A stretch of DNA of 63,994 bases, filler included, from Perkinsus olseni (taxonomy: Eukaryota): assembly GCA_013115125.1 (NCBI GenBank). It is 9 parts of 9 records of this genome, joined end to end, with 100 filler letters (N's around TTAATTAATTAA, not from the genome) between each part and the next. Parts side by side here need not be neighbours in the genome. Positions count along the whole stretch, not along the records: positions 7,339 to 14,543 come from JABANN010001041.1; positions 14,644 to 21,821 come from JABANN010001042.1; 7 more parts are not named here. One strand, 5' to 3'. Under the pieces are notes generated by a model. That model saw only the letters and a list, made by a program, of their open reading frames with translations, did not search any database and had not been told where the DNA came from. The position numbers and the translations under genes are program-made. Of this stretch, positions 10,401-21,566 are shown in pieces. The number at the start of each line of letters is the position of its first letter. Position 1 is the stretch's first letter.

Positions 10401-12832
10401 TCGACTCTCTGTCACCAGTGCTGAAGACTACCCCTGGGTCCGTTCTTCAAGTCGTGAACAACCCCCACTCCACCAAAGCAGACTTGGTATCGGCAACATC
10501 GTCATTCTACGACCCAACGGGACTCGCGACGGAAGTCGCCGTCGCAGCTAGACGACTGTGCCGATCGTTAAACTTGGTGAATTGGGACGCCACCTTACCC
10601 GACAGCGCCAGAGCAGCTCTCCGATTGTGGTTATCTCAGATCACGGACAACGATATATCACAACGTCGAGCTCTGGATCTCTCTGAGGTCAACGCCTTCT
10701 CCGACTCAAGTGGTGATGTAAAGGCCTGTGACATCCGGGACAGATGCGGCCATCGTATAACCTCAAGGGCTAAGCTGTTCACCTGTGATGAGATACTCAG
10801 GTGGGGTACTCCCAGACGAGAGACAGAAGCCTTTGTCCTCGCCTGTGAGCATTTGGACAAGACTCTTATCAGCCTCACTAGGATGGGCATCTATCCAGAA
10901 GTCAAGAAGATATACACCGACAGTCAGGCACTACTATACCGGTTGAGAAGGGAGACGACCAGAGACATGACCCCCCATGAACGCCGACTAGTAGGCCGCT
11001 GCAAGAACCTCCTCCACAAATGGAATGTCACTGCACATCACATCAAGTCCAGTTCCAACCCCGCCGACGCCCCTTCTAGGGCATATGTTAACAGCAAGAG
11101 TGCATTGACGACCGCCATGCCAGCAGAAGAGGTGGTGAAGGGTATGAGATCATCCACTTCCACAGAGTTGGGCCTGTACTTTGACCCGAAGGCACCCACG
11201 GACGAGAGAGAGGACCTGGCTGCCTTACAACCGTACTACCAGCAACTCAACTTCATCACTTTATCTGGCCTAGACGCCTCGGATATCCTCAAGTCTGTCG
11301 ATGATTCCCCCATCCCCTCGGACTCGGTCGACGACTACGTTGACCCAGAAGAGGTACGGAAGTCACAACAGACCTGTCCGCGTACTAAGCTGCTGATTGC
11401 CAGAGTTGAAGCCGAGCCCAACCACCCTGACCTGCGGCAACTATTGATCAGAGACGGGATCTTATACAGTACCCTCGGCGATACCCTATGTACAAATGGC
11501 AAACCGAAGTACTACCTCCCCTACATGGCCACCTACCTACAGGAAGCTATATGGCGGGTGCACGACAAGATAGGGCACAAGCGTTCTGAGAAAGTCAAGG
11601 CCGTACTATCCCGGTGGCTCTACTCTCCGTCCCTTGGCACCTGCATATCCAAGGTTATAAAGAAGTGTGACTTCTGCCTACAATACAAGGGGTTGCGATC
11701 ATTCAATACAAGCTCTGGTACGGTTAGACCTGCTGGTCTAAAGTTCCTCCCCTGGCAGGTGTGTGCGGTGGACATACAAGGCCCAATGAACATCCGCTAC
11801 GGCTCTCATGAGACCGATAAGTTTGCGGTGGTGACCATAACAAACAGTATAACTGGGTACTGTAGGTCATCGGTAGTCTGGGAGTTCTCAAGCGCCGTGA
11901 TTATGCACAAGCTGGCTCTACTCTTCCTTGGCTCAGACTTCCCGAAGGTGTGCTTCACTGATAAAGGATCCAACCTCTCGTCGAAGTTCGCGAAGCGCAA
12001 GTTTCAAGAGTGGAACGTGGTACATCTCCTACTTCCTTCTCACCCCGAGTTTTACTCGGGATTCTTCGAGATCGTCCACCGGTCGATCAACGACGGCCTG
12101 AAAGCTCTGTTAGATCACCAGAGAGTCGACAGCAGAGACGACGTGGAGGTGGCAGTCTTGGAGGCCGTCCGACAGTTCAACGTGACCCCCCTATCACCGA
12201 CATTCCCAGTATCTCCCCACGAATGTATGTATATTATGTCGCCTCGTATACACTCTATGGCGAGGGTAGACGAGAACATCAAGGAAGAGTACGAATCTGC
12301 TGTAGAGCTGTGGCCTGGCCTTGCCGCCCTATCTGATTCCAGCTTCGACAAGCTCAAGTCCTATATCGATGAGCAGACCGCCCGGAAACTGGAGTCACTG
12401 GCTCAGTTCACACTAGAGTGGCGGCGCAGGCACTCTCGGACCGAGAGCTACCTACAGAAGAAGTGGCGGAGGCTGAGGCAGACCATCCTCCCGGGTTCAC
12501 TGGTCTATCGGTATAACCCCAACCGCATGAAGCTTGGCCCCAAATGGGTAGGCCCATTTAAGGTCGTTCGTGCACTGTCTCATCATGTGCTACTTCTGGA
12601 AAGCGCCCAAGGAGGCAGAGTTCCGGAACTACTCCATAACTTGAAGGTCGTCGACACACCCACCGAAACCGCTATCGATCCAGCTGCTACATCCGAAGAC
12701 CTAATCCAACTTGACAAGGTCGATGAGCCCCCGGTGTGTATACTCGACGAAGGACGTGCGAGCTCACCAAGAAGGAGTGCGCGTCTGCAAGCTCGCAACA
12801 GAGCATTAAAGGATGATAATGTTGACGTGTGA
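7499..12832 (+). CDS. Gag-Pol polyprotein, 1777 aa (Zn knuckles, aspartic protease, RT, RNase H, integrase)
   Basis: CDRCGTPGHLARAC knuckle; MIDSGA protease; RLVVDGS, DFAQAY and YVDD in RT; FSDSS, TDS and NPADAPSR in RNase H; HDKIGH...CDFC with VDIQGP, TDKGS and FEIVHR in integrase; KWVGPFKV GPY/F module. Confidence 0.95.
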   Translation: MKLEQNILFKNPPPPGRRSSAPTLPFLNDLSEVETITKVRSTEPILGHKWSGDADVVGYQEFRERIKTEPIYNRAPTFLRLEFLSGQLHPSIWGVTESKVYLRASRAGHSLSDELKLRWIWERLDATYGHHQRDFQSSWEALCLEEGESFDNFLSRLYSIGRRYAEARGAFLTDYEIAHRLHKAMPDKLRELLDTHVDISDDLEQMEAYCRRWCKRWHNCKQVFHAKVAVAVESAKPITNHAPPTGGTSPGTGMGIPLGLSPEKVDSRNGPILSSRCQRCVCDGDHVAKHCPAPSPTDSANRCNWCGFYHPKRTRCPGSNPRHKRCDRCGTPGHLARACLRAHPRPPQEPSSSEPQSTTEQSGLVPEERPVPTLIEQNSAIILETPASPTLHSKLRFLYYVTTGPNRAPDGQPRRRGMIDSGATAFFASSHWWETEKLDPHFETKNCQCVASLAANPADSDNNGSPISQYTVRDVHLDDGTVLRNCVIYHLPGGCHDLIIPKSALSSGGSDVVWLSTSSGRDILLIGKAASHALSCLDEAGLTKHCVVHDPTYKELHSSGEDAQHVEHVESANYIGVNIDLRGRDQHNQSCPGPTPDWSYSIVDSTLLKDILDDSVGDKTVVRTTDTKDGERPEATFLYFELGPPSRDAPLGRLQVRAPWKEQGYVPGAVETKRAFAQARRAHHSLSPVHQREVAKKVDELITCGYISKARVIGEDSSTPQDLPVIEAAMPMFGVWNKGKGKVRLVVDGSYFRKFTSKASPPYDDTHMTLFYNLLSLRSAAFFVVGDFAQAYHSIGLHCGDAKKFGAICVEQAYIWHRVGFGLNFSGAGLSQGVEAIKHLHLAYSGDKGADAVPQPWRHMWTQFCINWERALADGRLDRAMATIQAAKALHNLKLYVDDYHSCDDDPKKCLSDHHTSATLAQAHGIASHESKVFTNIPAATQQEYDPSCEIPTPDHAPFLGLKWSKELDSLSPVLKTTPGSVLQVVNNPHSTKADLVSATSSFYDPTGLATEVAVAARRLCRSLNLVNWDATLPDSARAALRLWLSQITDNDISQRRALDLSEVNAFSDSSGDVKACDIRDRCGHRITSRAKLFTCDEILRWGTPRRETEAFVLACEHLDKTLISLTRMGIYPEVKKIYTDSQALLYRLRRETTRDMTPHERRLVGRCKNLLHKWNVTAHHIKSSSNPADAPSRAYVNSKSALTTAMPAEEVVKGMRSSTSTELGLYFDPKAPTDEREDLAALQPYYQQLNFITLSGLDASDILKSVDDSPIPSDSVDDYVDPEEVRKSQQTCPRTKLLIARVEAEPNHPDLRQLLIRDGILYSTLGDTLCTNGKPKYYLPYMATYLQEAIWRVHDKIGHKRSEKVKAVLSRWLYSPSLGTCISKVIKKCDFCLQYKGLRSFNTSSGTVRPAGLKFLPWQVCAVDIQGPMNIRYGSHETDKFAVVTITNSITGYCRSSVVWEFSSAVIMHKLALLFLGSDFPKVCFTDKGSNLSSKFAKRKFQEWNVVHLLLPSHPEFYSGFFEIVHRSINDGLKALLDHQRVDSRDDVEVAVLEAVRQFNVTPLSPTFPVSPHECMYIMSPRIHSMARVDENIKEEYESAVELWPGLAALSDSSFDKLKSYIDEQTARKLESLAQFTLEWRRRHSRTESYLQKKWRRLRQTILPGSLVYRYNPNRMKLGPKWVGPFKVVRALSHHVLLLESAQGGRVPELLHNLKVVDTPTETAIDPAATSEDLIQLDKVDEPPVCILDEGRASSPRRSARLQARNRALKDDNVDV

Positions 12833-13018
12833 CATCGCTCGCCCGATATCACACAGAATCGTAACGGCAAGATACCCTCCCATTTTGGTAGCACTATGAT
12901 ATTGATAAGTATTGGTCGATGATTGACACTGTAGAGATGATTATTACTATCCTCTCAGTTGGATTATTTCTTCCACTCAAACATTTCCGATTGTGTTCCC
13001 AAGGAGTCATCTTCAACA
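12820..13018 (+). repeat. Putative 3' LTR of element 1 (199 bp)
   Basis: Perfect 6-bp inverted termini TGTTGA/TCAACA directly after the purine tract. The right end coincides with the point where a host exon is cut. Confidence 0.75.
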
Positions 13019-13883
13019 ACTCGTAGGTGAACGGACTCCGGCAGGGTACCTGAAATTCACCAGCAAGCTCGCCGCGAACACACTCATTCTTGGCTTTTCG
13101 TCTATGAGCGAATGACCACCTCTTACTTGAGCAACCTCCTTCCCGTTGCGAAACTAACAAACAGCTCTCCCCTTCCTTCACCCGGATAAGCGCCGTCGAT
13201 GGTTAAACCTCGAGGATTGCCTGAAGCATACTCCAGTCGAGTAGCGGGTACTATCTGGGATCAGACTAAGCATTGAACAATTCGGGTGACAAGCTGTTCG
13301 AAAATTCATAAACTGTATATCGATCATCAGAGAAATGACGACTGCTAGTAGCACTGTGTCATCACTCACCATCCAAATCGGTATCGGAGTCTCCTAAAAA
13401 CGGTATGCTCTCTCCATCAGGATCACGCATCGGGTATATCACTGTTCGGACACATCAAACTCATCACCGAAAGTCTTTTCCAGGCGCATGGTGAAGAATA
13501 ATCTGACAATGAATGAAACACAAACGTTTGCGCCCACCATAACAAGCCACCGTCCGATCAGTAGAAGACCCACGCATCATCGTTGATGGCGAGAAGTTCA
13601 GAGCCGTCCGATTTCACAATTATCGAGCTGATCTCATCGAATTGTGAACGGGGCCCCACGGCATTTCGGATTTCGACCGTCTGAATATGCTTCAACGTGC
13701 CTGAGAGTCGAAGTTATTGCTATCAGTGTGGTCCCCAGTGGCGGCCCTACCTGAAGGAGAGATGAAGACATCGCGTGGGTTCTCATTCTGGAAAGGTAAC
13801 CTCCTCTGTTGGATACTCACAATGTCTCTCTGGCTGGCAGCTACGCTCAGAATTCCCGCGAAGAAGGCCAAACGGGTGAACAT
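13019..13883 (-). pseudogene. Secreted phytase-like (esterase-like activity of phytase) beta-propeller gene, disrupted
   Basis: Signal peptide MFTRLAFFAGILSVAAS. Spliced exons read GTLKHIQTVEI...FDEISSIIVKSDGSELLAINDD, YPMRDPDG, GNPRGLTIDG...ELFVSFATGRRLLK and KYPAGVRSPTS, which ends at the LTR. A 1-nt frameshift lies near 13445. Confidence 0.65.
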
Positions 13884-14372
13884 GAATAAGTTGGCAATAA
13901 ACCTGAAGAGGATACTCTCCTGTATCTTATGTACACAGTAAAACGAATCAGTTGAACTCAGATGATTACAGCTTCTAGAATGCCCATGAAAACACAGGAC
14001 CATTCTGAGTATGAGCTCATGATCATAAATTATGATTCATAATAGGGAGAACACTGTCGAAGGCACGGCAAGCCTAATCTGAATCTTGTGGGAATCATAA
14101 TATGGGTGATTACGTGCTAGGCAATCGGATCCCACATTTCAATCTTTCGGAGAACAATCAGCCGCGAGGAATACTCTCCGGCGATGGATTGTCAGACCTG
14201 ACCCAGTAAGGTTAATAGTATGCCCAGGCCCTGGGTGTCAATCACCTCAAGAGAAAACTCATTCATACGGAAAGGCATCGTGGTAGTTACAATAGCCAAT
14301 TGCTTGATGCGGCTTGCACCCCGACTAGGAACTTCCTAGTGGGAAGTAGGGCGCAACAAGTTGTCAGTACCA

Positions 14373-14543
14373 ACCATTAGGCGGGTGCTGGGCAGCATAA
14401 CAATAGTATACCATTAGGCGGGTGCTGGGCAGCATAACAATAGTATACCATTAGGGAGGTGCTGGGCAGTATAACAATAGTATACCATTAGGGAGGTGCT
14501 GCTGGGCAGCATAACAATAGTATACCATTAGGGAGGTGCTGCT
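14373..14543. repeat. ~37-bp minisatellite, about 4.5 copies, running into contig end
   Basis: Unit ACCATTAGGCGGGTGCTGGGCAGCATAACAATAGTAT with minor variants (GGGAGG; extra GCT). Confidence 0.9.
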
Positions 14544-14643
14544 NNNNNNNNNNNNNNNNNNNNNNNNNNNNNNNNNNNNNNNNNNNNTTAATTAATTAAN
14601 NNNNNNNNNNNNNNNNNNNNNNNNNNNNNNNNNNNNNNNNNNN

Positions 14644-14716
14644 GTTGTTAATAGATGATCATAGAGCATGCAGGCCAGAGGCGTGGGTCGCGTTGTTAAT
14701 AGATGATCATAGAGCA
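14644..14716. repeat. Remnant of a 48-bp-period tandem repeat at contig start
   Basis: GTTGTTAATAGATGATCATAGAGCA occurs at 14644 and 14692. Confidence 0.7.
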
Positions 14717-14899
14717 ATCCTTCCTTGTATGTTATGCAGCACATACGGTTATGTTCCATCCAAATCACAGGCAATGAGGATATATACACCACTCGATGAT
14801 AACCCAGTTCATTGACATCATCTCCATCAGTAATGACTCCTCATCATCCTGCTGCTGCTTCGCCGCCGCCCTCACGACATTCTGATAATACTTGGCGGC

Positions 14900-16424
14900 C
14901 ATTGATACTCATACTAACCCTATCATGCATTGCGTGCTTGGTATTGGCATTATTTTCTACGAGGTAATCATTACGGAGGTGATGAACATTATTATCATCA
15001 TCATCCTACTACCCCCTCCCTATTAGATGGCAAGCATTGGATGTACAGCTGGCACCAAGTGATGTGTTACAAACAGCGAAACGATTCAATACAGCAAGAT
15101 CATTATTCAGTGTGAGCATCAGTGTTGAATAGGAGTAGGTAGTCGATCATCATCATCGTCATCACCCTACAGATGATACCAATACTCGGAAGAATCACTG
15201 CTGGTGTTCCTAACAGTGGAGGAGATGCTATTATTCATAATAAGGTTACAGTAGCATGGTAATAATTTCTGTATTAGTATACTCTGCGGCAGTAGTCGTC
15301 ATGGTCATCATCAGGGTACAGGCATCCCTGCTAAGTCTATACGCTAAAGACTTATGTGACCTACCTGATGACTCGGAAGATAATGCTGGCATGAGAAGGT
15401 AGAAAGAATGGGAGGGGTGGTTATGATGTCATAGACGATGGTGATGATGATGATAGAGGATCTATCCGCAATCTGAAGATCATCCCACATTAACGCGTGT
15501 TGGTCAGTTATTGGAAGCGTAACGACGTCCAAGCCACCTGTGAATATAAGCTCATGCGGTTCTGTACGGAGATGGAGGGTGGTGATGATGGTGGCGTCCA
15601 ACAAGAGATGTAGGGTATCTCACTACTAGGAGGACCGGTCATCATAAATACCAGGTCATCATCATTCTTCTACCAAGGAAGGCATTGCCTGGTGGATAAT
15701 GATGATACATTAGTTATACCCCTCAACAGCTACGATGGGACACATTGTGATCTATTCATTGACTGTGATAAGATGGCAATATTACGATTCATCAGTATCA
15801 TTACCGGGGTAGTGATAATTGCAATTATTACATTATTATTACAGTACCGTCATAGGTATGTACATCATTATCGTTATTATCCTTTTCGATACCATTCATC
15901 ATTCTACTTATCGGCTGCTGCTTTCCGAATCATCATCATGATGGTGGTGGAGGTAGAAGTAGTGGTACGATTGGTATGGTATTAAACAAGACAGGAAATA
16001 AGCTAGTATGGTTCCTAGTTGTGGGAGTATCCTTCGGTAATCAACACCAGCTAATAATATCATGATATTCTCATGACGGATGCATCAGGTGTATTAGGAG
16101 TATTGGCGTATGGCCCAGCCATCCATGTATTAGATGTACCTATTAAGAAGGTATTCAAGTCGGATAGATTATTCTACTTCCTCTTACCAGAAACACCAGA
16201 GCAGGAAGATGCTGTAATAATAGTGATAACCAGGAGTTGTTGAAGATGTGGTACTAGTTATATTGCACTGCAGTCACAACAGGTAACAGGGATGTTATCA
16301 ACGGCCTTTACACTAGCCCAGATGGACCCACTTAATAATGCAACAACCAAGGCTGATGCTACAATACATCTATCAAAGGCTACTAGGGTGAGTTGATAAT
16401 ACAAGCATGATGATCATCATCATG

Positions 16425-16458
<34 letters not shown>

Positions 16459-16970
16459 AATCAGGCGCTGAAGGATAGTACGACAGAGGTTGTCGAGAGT
16501 CTAGCTGATAAGAATGAGTTGAAGATAGAAGTAAAGAAGGCATCCGATGTCCCTATACAAGGTATAACGGCAACAGTGGCGAGGTAAGAGGGCTCACATC
16601 ACCTTGCAGACTTGCATCACCATGTCCTGTGCTCGCCTTCCTCATGTTGACTATGATCAGTGTCTCCAAGCTGGCCATCAGAGAGGACCTACTTGATTAT
16701 CTTCATGGACCTCATGGTCTCATACGTAATACACTCATCATCCATGAACATCACTCACCTTATCATCATCATCATCATCATCACTCTCAGCTCCTTCACT
16801 TTATCAATCTATACAGAAAATACAGCAGGAGATCACATTAGAAGGGTAATACAACAAAGGCCAGGATCATCGTAAGGTATGGTATCCATCCCTCACTAGG
16901 AATAATACTGTCATTAAGCTGAGGGATGAGACAACAAGAGTAGTTCAATTGGCACAACCATTGTTCATGA

Positions 16971-17023
<53 letters not shown>

Positions 17024-18240
17024 CCGCCGATGATTGCTCTTGAAAATGACGGTAATGATGATGATTAAAGTAACACCAGGATCCATCTATGGTGATACCC
17101 TACAGGTGATCGTATGCCTCCTCGCCATGATGACGATGACGATGATGATGTCACATCGACGACTGTATTGGGCTGCCTCTTCATGAATGTCCGAGAGTTA
17201 AGGCTAGCCGGGGTAAAGATCATGTCCAATGTGAAGGAGGATGCCAGGGAGTTGGTAGTAGCAGCAGTGGTGGGGGTGGTATCATCTAGTCAAGGATAGT
17301 TCACATTATCATTTTACTGTTTAGAAGAATACAATAACAGAGATGAAGAATAGTGGTAAAAGACTGCTAGGGGCAGTAAAGGGAGATACCTCGGTCCTAA
17401 GAGTACTTTTCAAAGGCCTCGCCACCATCCCTATGGTAGTATGATTAACATAATGCTGGTGGTGCTGATTGCCTGATACAGTAGTATCATGCCTTAGGCG
17501 TTGAGTAAATCTCATAAGCTGATAGAGAGGATATCGTTCCATTGCCAACAACTGTATGGTAGAGTTAACCATGCATTGAGTACGGGTGCCGAGTCCATCG
17601 CTATCACTGGGCTCAAGGAGAGGTTCAAGCAGATAGCTGCATCAATACTAGTATTACGTCAGGAGATCTCTACTCTTGTGAAGAGTAATAAGTCATCATC
17701 ATACACATTACTTTATGATTACCTGTAGGGGATACCTCATCCCCCTTGCTCAAGCTAACACTACAGGATTTCCAACGTCAACAGGCGGCATCGGAGGCTG
17801 ACCTATCAAAATGGATTATGGTAATAAGGATATCCCAGTATGACTCTATTGCTGAGGCCTCCTCTTAGAATCCACCATCCAAGACTGATACGTTAGAGCC
17901 GTTAGTGGAGGAGGCCAGACGAGGATCTGCTATTGCATCTGGAGATGGTAATAGTAGTAGTAGAAGAGGAGGGGGAGGAGGAGGAGGGGGAGGGAACTTA
18001 GACTGTGATCATCATCAGGTCGGGCATCAGTAACATCGGTCCTAAGGATGATTGATTCATATACAGAAGTGATAAACCGTGGACAAGGGCCTGAGGGAAG
18101 GGCGGCTGTGGAAGAGGAGAGTATCTATGATGAGAGACAAGTGGCAGTATTCGTTGAGAGACATGGAAAATTCTTCCTAGTTGGATATGGGTGAGGTGAC
18201 CAGAGAGGTACCTTCTAATAAGACATACATCATAGATACC
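14900..18240 (+). CDS. Hypothetical large multi-exon protein (boundaries approximate)
   Basis: Series of short open exons bounded by GT..AG introns, e.g. DASGVLGVLAYGPAIHVLDVPIKKVF and LIERISFHCQQLYGRVNHAL...KERFKQIAASIL. No family recognised. Confidence 0.45.
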
Positions 18241-18619
18241 TATTCAGTATGATATCAATCATACTCGGTCTAGTTACAATATTCTCTACTCTGTGCTTGA
18301 CTAAACAACCCTCATCATCGAAATCATCACCAGTTCACCATCATCATTACGATGATGACGATAGAAGGACTACCAGAGTAAGTCCACTCGTACTAGTATT
18401 GCATACATCCATCCTGTAGGCACATCGCCGATTACTAATGCAACAGAAGAAAGGGGCCTTACGGAAGTTAAAAGAGGAGGAACGACAGTCTCTTGAAGAC
18501 GACCATGGTGGTGATACCAACTTACCATTATTAATAGCCCATAAACATCAGCAGCATGATGATCTAGAAGAGGGTCGTGGTGGTCGTGGTATTAATGAGC
18601 GTACCACAAGTATGTAGCC

Positions 18620-18667
<48 letters not shown>

Positions 18668-18865
18668 CCAGCTACAACAGTTATCATGTGCATGCACAGT
18701 AGGCATGATAATGATGATAGAGACATTCCACTAATGTGGAATATAACCTACCATAGTTGCTGTTGTCATCTCATCAAATGATGAGCATAATCATTATCAT
18801 CATAATAGAGTCGTGTTAATAATAGGACTTAACACAAGTAGCATAGAGGTGAGTAGAAGGAGTAT

Positions 18866-19388
18866 TCAGTTGGTGGTGGTTGTAGTAGGTAGTTGGTGTA
18901 TAACATACTTTAATGCCTTCTCAAGATTACCATCCTGTTCACGTAGTATCATTGATGCTGCGTCCTCAGTTAACTTAGGACAGCAATCAAACGCCTTTAC
19001 TAATACCTCAACATCATCCTTAGATATCTTCACCTTCATCAGTTCCCGTTCCCTACCACACACCACAATCATCATACAGTGGTCATCATCATGATGATGA
19101 CTGACTACCTCTCTTGTCGTGCTCTATTGGTTGCCTCCTTCTTCGCCTTCAACTCCTTCAATTTTTGCTCAATTACCTTCGTATCAACACTCTTCCTCCC
19201 CTCAATCTCCTGTAAAGTATCCATTACTACTACTACCTACCCACCACCATCACCACCACTACCTCTATGTAATCCGTAATCTTCTCCAGTGATCTTGCCT
19301 CATCCCGTTTAGTAGCATCAGCGCCAGTAGAAGTAGCTGCCTTGCCGCCCTCAGTAGGGCTGCTAGAAGTAGTAGGAGAAGAAGGCAT
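18866..19388 (-). CDS. HYPK: Huntingtin-interacting protein K (HYPK)-like, multi-exon
   Basis: EARSLEKITDY..E, and RERELMKVKISKDDVEVLV...AASMILREQDGNLEKALKYVI (C-terminal UBA-like domain). Confidence 0.8.
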
Positions 19389-19900
19389 GATGACAACGCC
19401 AGTAAGAGTCGTGATCAACCGACGCGTGAGGGAAACTCAAGAGTGCGTGAGAGAGCAAGTTTTGATCGATTCATATCATCATCGTCTACCATCATCAGTA
19501 GAATGTTGTTGCCGTCATCCAATGCTCATACCCCTTCCTCTGGTAGAATTGACGACGACGGAGCGATGCTGTCGTTGAGGGATGGTAGTATCGAATTCTA
19601 TCCGTCACCAAGGGTAACCTATGTACCTCCTGTTAGAGTAGTATTAATACTGTTAGATACCATCACCAGCAGCAGCAGATGATGATACTGCTGCAATTGG
19701 CTGTGATGATTCTGTAGCTTACTACCATCACCAACCCTACTCATCATCTATTTATATATTACAACTGAAAGCGTTCACAATCAGAGCTGGGATATCACCC
19801 TACCCCCCTACACCACAATCATCATCATCAACTACAAACTGGCTTATCAACTCACCGTCATCACCATCAGAAGGAGCTGTTCGACCGAATGCTGGGCTAC

Positions 19901-20600
19901 CTAGTCCTGTGGTAGGATACTACCACCACCATCCACATCATGATACGATTCGTAGGTACAAACCAACTGTCCGGTAATACATGTTGAGATTTGCATAAGT
20001 GACAACATAGCAGAGTCATATGGGAATAATAAGAGTCGTATCATCAGATGTACTGGTGAAGGTGCGGATATAGTATCAGCATCAACAGCAGCCCTTAGCC
20101 GAGAGTAGTAGGCGACCATATCCTGTAACTCCTCTATCATGATTCATGCTAGATACTTCCATGCTAGTGACGCGATAGTTATTAGGAAAATGGAAGAGTA
20201 TTCCAGTAGTACACCGATGGAAGGGCAGTGCCCAACAGGAGGAGGAGGGAGTATTGAACATAGAGCTGTTGCCGTACTGGTAATGTGTGTTATACCCTAT
20301 ACTCGAATTAGTGTTATTAGGCACTTAAAGGTCATCGTGATGATGATAGGGCTATCGAAGCTACTGGTATTGGTACAACTTCGTCCCAATCCAAAACTGT
20401 TGCTTCGATTAGAGCATTATGTTCAGCCGTGAGTCGACTCCTTACCATAACTACACCAACTATACACTCAGTGATATACCCATGAAAGCAGTACATCCAG
20501 AATCATCATGATACAGATACACCAACAACAACATCGCTTAGTCACATCACCTTCATGTAATCCTTCTTCACTGATTCGAGCCGAAACACTCGTAGATCAT
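19901..20600 (-). CDS. Hypothetical small multi-exon protein (boundaries approximate)
   Basis: Coding-like segments LTAEHNALIEATVLDWDEVV and MIEELQDMVAYYSRLRAAVD separated by likely introns. Confidence 0.35.
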
Positions 20601-20997
20601 CATCACCATCCCCACCAACGTTATAATAACAAATTATCGTGTTCCACTACTGGTAATGCTGTTACTGAGTGTATTACTAGTATCATCATCATCATCATTG
20701 TCCTGATCAGTATCTACATCACCTCCTCGCTATCACCATGAAACTACCACCAATAATGGTATCGTCCACAGGCTACTCAGTATTATAAGATGTAATAAAC
20801 ATCATGCATCATGTAATCATCAATGATGATGACTATATATAGCAACATATATATCCAAAAGCAGCAGCTGTACTTAATACTACCAACCACATCTTGCGTT
20901 CTTCATAACTGATCGATCTGGGGCGAGCGAGATATCTCTTTCACCTTGTTTATTGTCATCATCATCATCGTCATCAGCATCTTACTCATCATCAACC

Positions 20998-21566
20998 ATG
21001 AGCAACCCTACAGTATACTTTGATATCACTATTGGTGGTGCTCCTGCTGGACGTATCACCTTCGAACTATTCGCTGATGTTGTACCCAAGACTGCTGAGA
21101 ATTTTCGTGCCCTTTGCACCGGTGAGAAGGGTATTGGTAAATCTGGTAAACCATTATGCTATAAAGGCAGTTCATTCCACAGAATTATAAAGGAGTTTAT
21201 GTGCCAAGGCGGTGACTTTACTGCTGGCAATGGTACTGGTGGTGAGTCTATTTATGGATCTAAGTTCGAAGATGAAAACTTCAAGATTCATCACAGTGGC
21301 CCGGGTGACTTGTCTATGGCCAATGCTGGTCGTAATACTAATGGTAGTCAGTTCTTCATTACTACTATTAAATGTACCTGGCTAGACGGCAAGCATGTTG
21401 TATTCGGAAAGGTAGTAACACCATCTATCTTCGTAGTAGAGGTAGCATCGTCTCTTTACAGGTTAAGGACGGTATGGATGTTGTGAAGAAGATGGAGGCT
21501 GTTGGATCATCTTCGGGGAAGACCTCAGCACCCGTTGTCATTGCTGATTGCGGTCAGTTAGCTTAG
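20998..21566 (+). CDS. PPIA: Cytosolic cyclophilin (peptidyl-prolyl cis-trans isomerase), one intron 21412-21461
   Basis: [14 protein letters not shown]...[16 protein letters not shown]...[14 protein letters not shown]...[16 protein letters not shown]...[23 protein letters not shown]...IADCGQL. Confidence 0.97.

Larger units (their letters stand above)
7339..13018 (+). mobile_element. LTR retrotransposon 1 (5' LTR missing at contig edge)
   Basis: Single gag-pol ORF, purine-rich tract AAAGGATGATAA (12808-12819), then a TGTTGA...TCAACA-bounded segment. Confidence 0.9.

Noticed and set aside
13019-13883. Antisense env-like or cargo gene of LTR element 1
   Set aside because: It lies outside the inferred LTR end, has introns, is cut mid-exon by the LTR, and has a paralog without the element.
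14373-14543. 37-bp repeats as a CRISPR array
   Set aside because: Units are head-to-tail with no unique spacers, there are no cas genes, and the context is eukaryotic.
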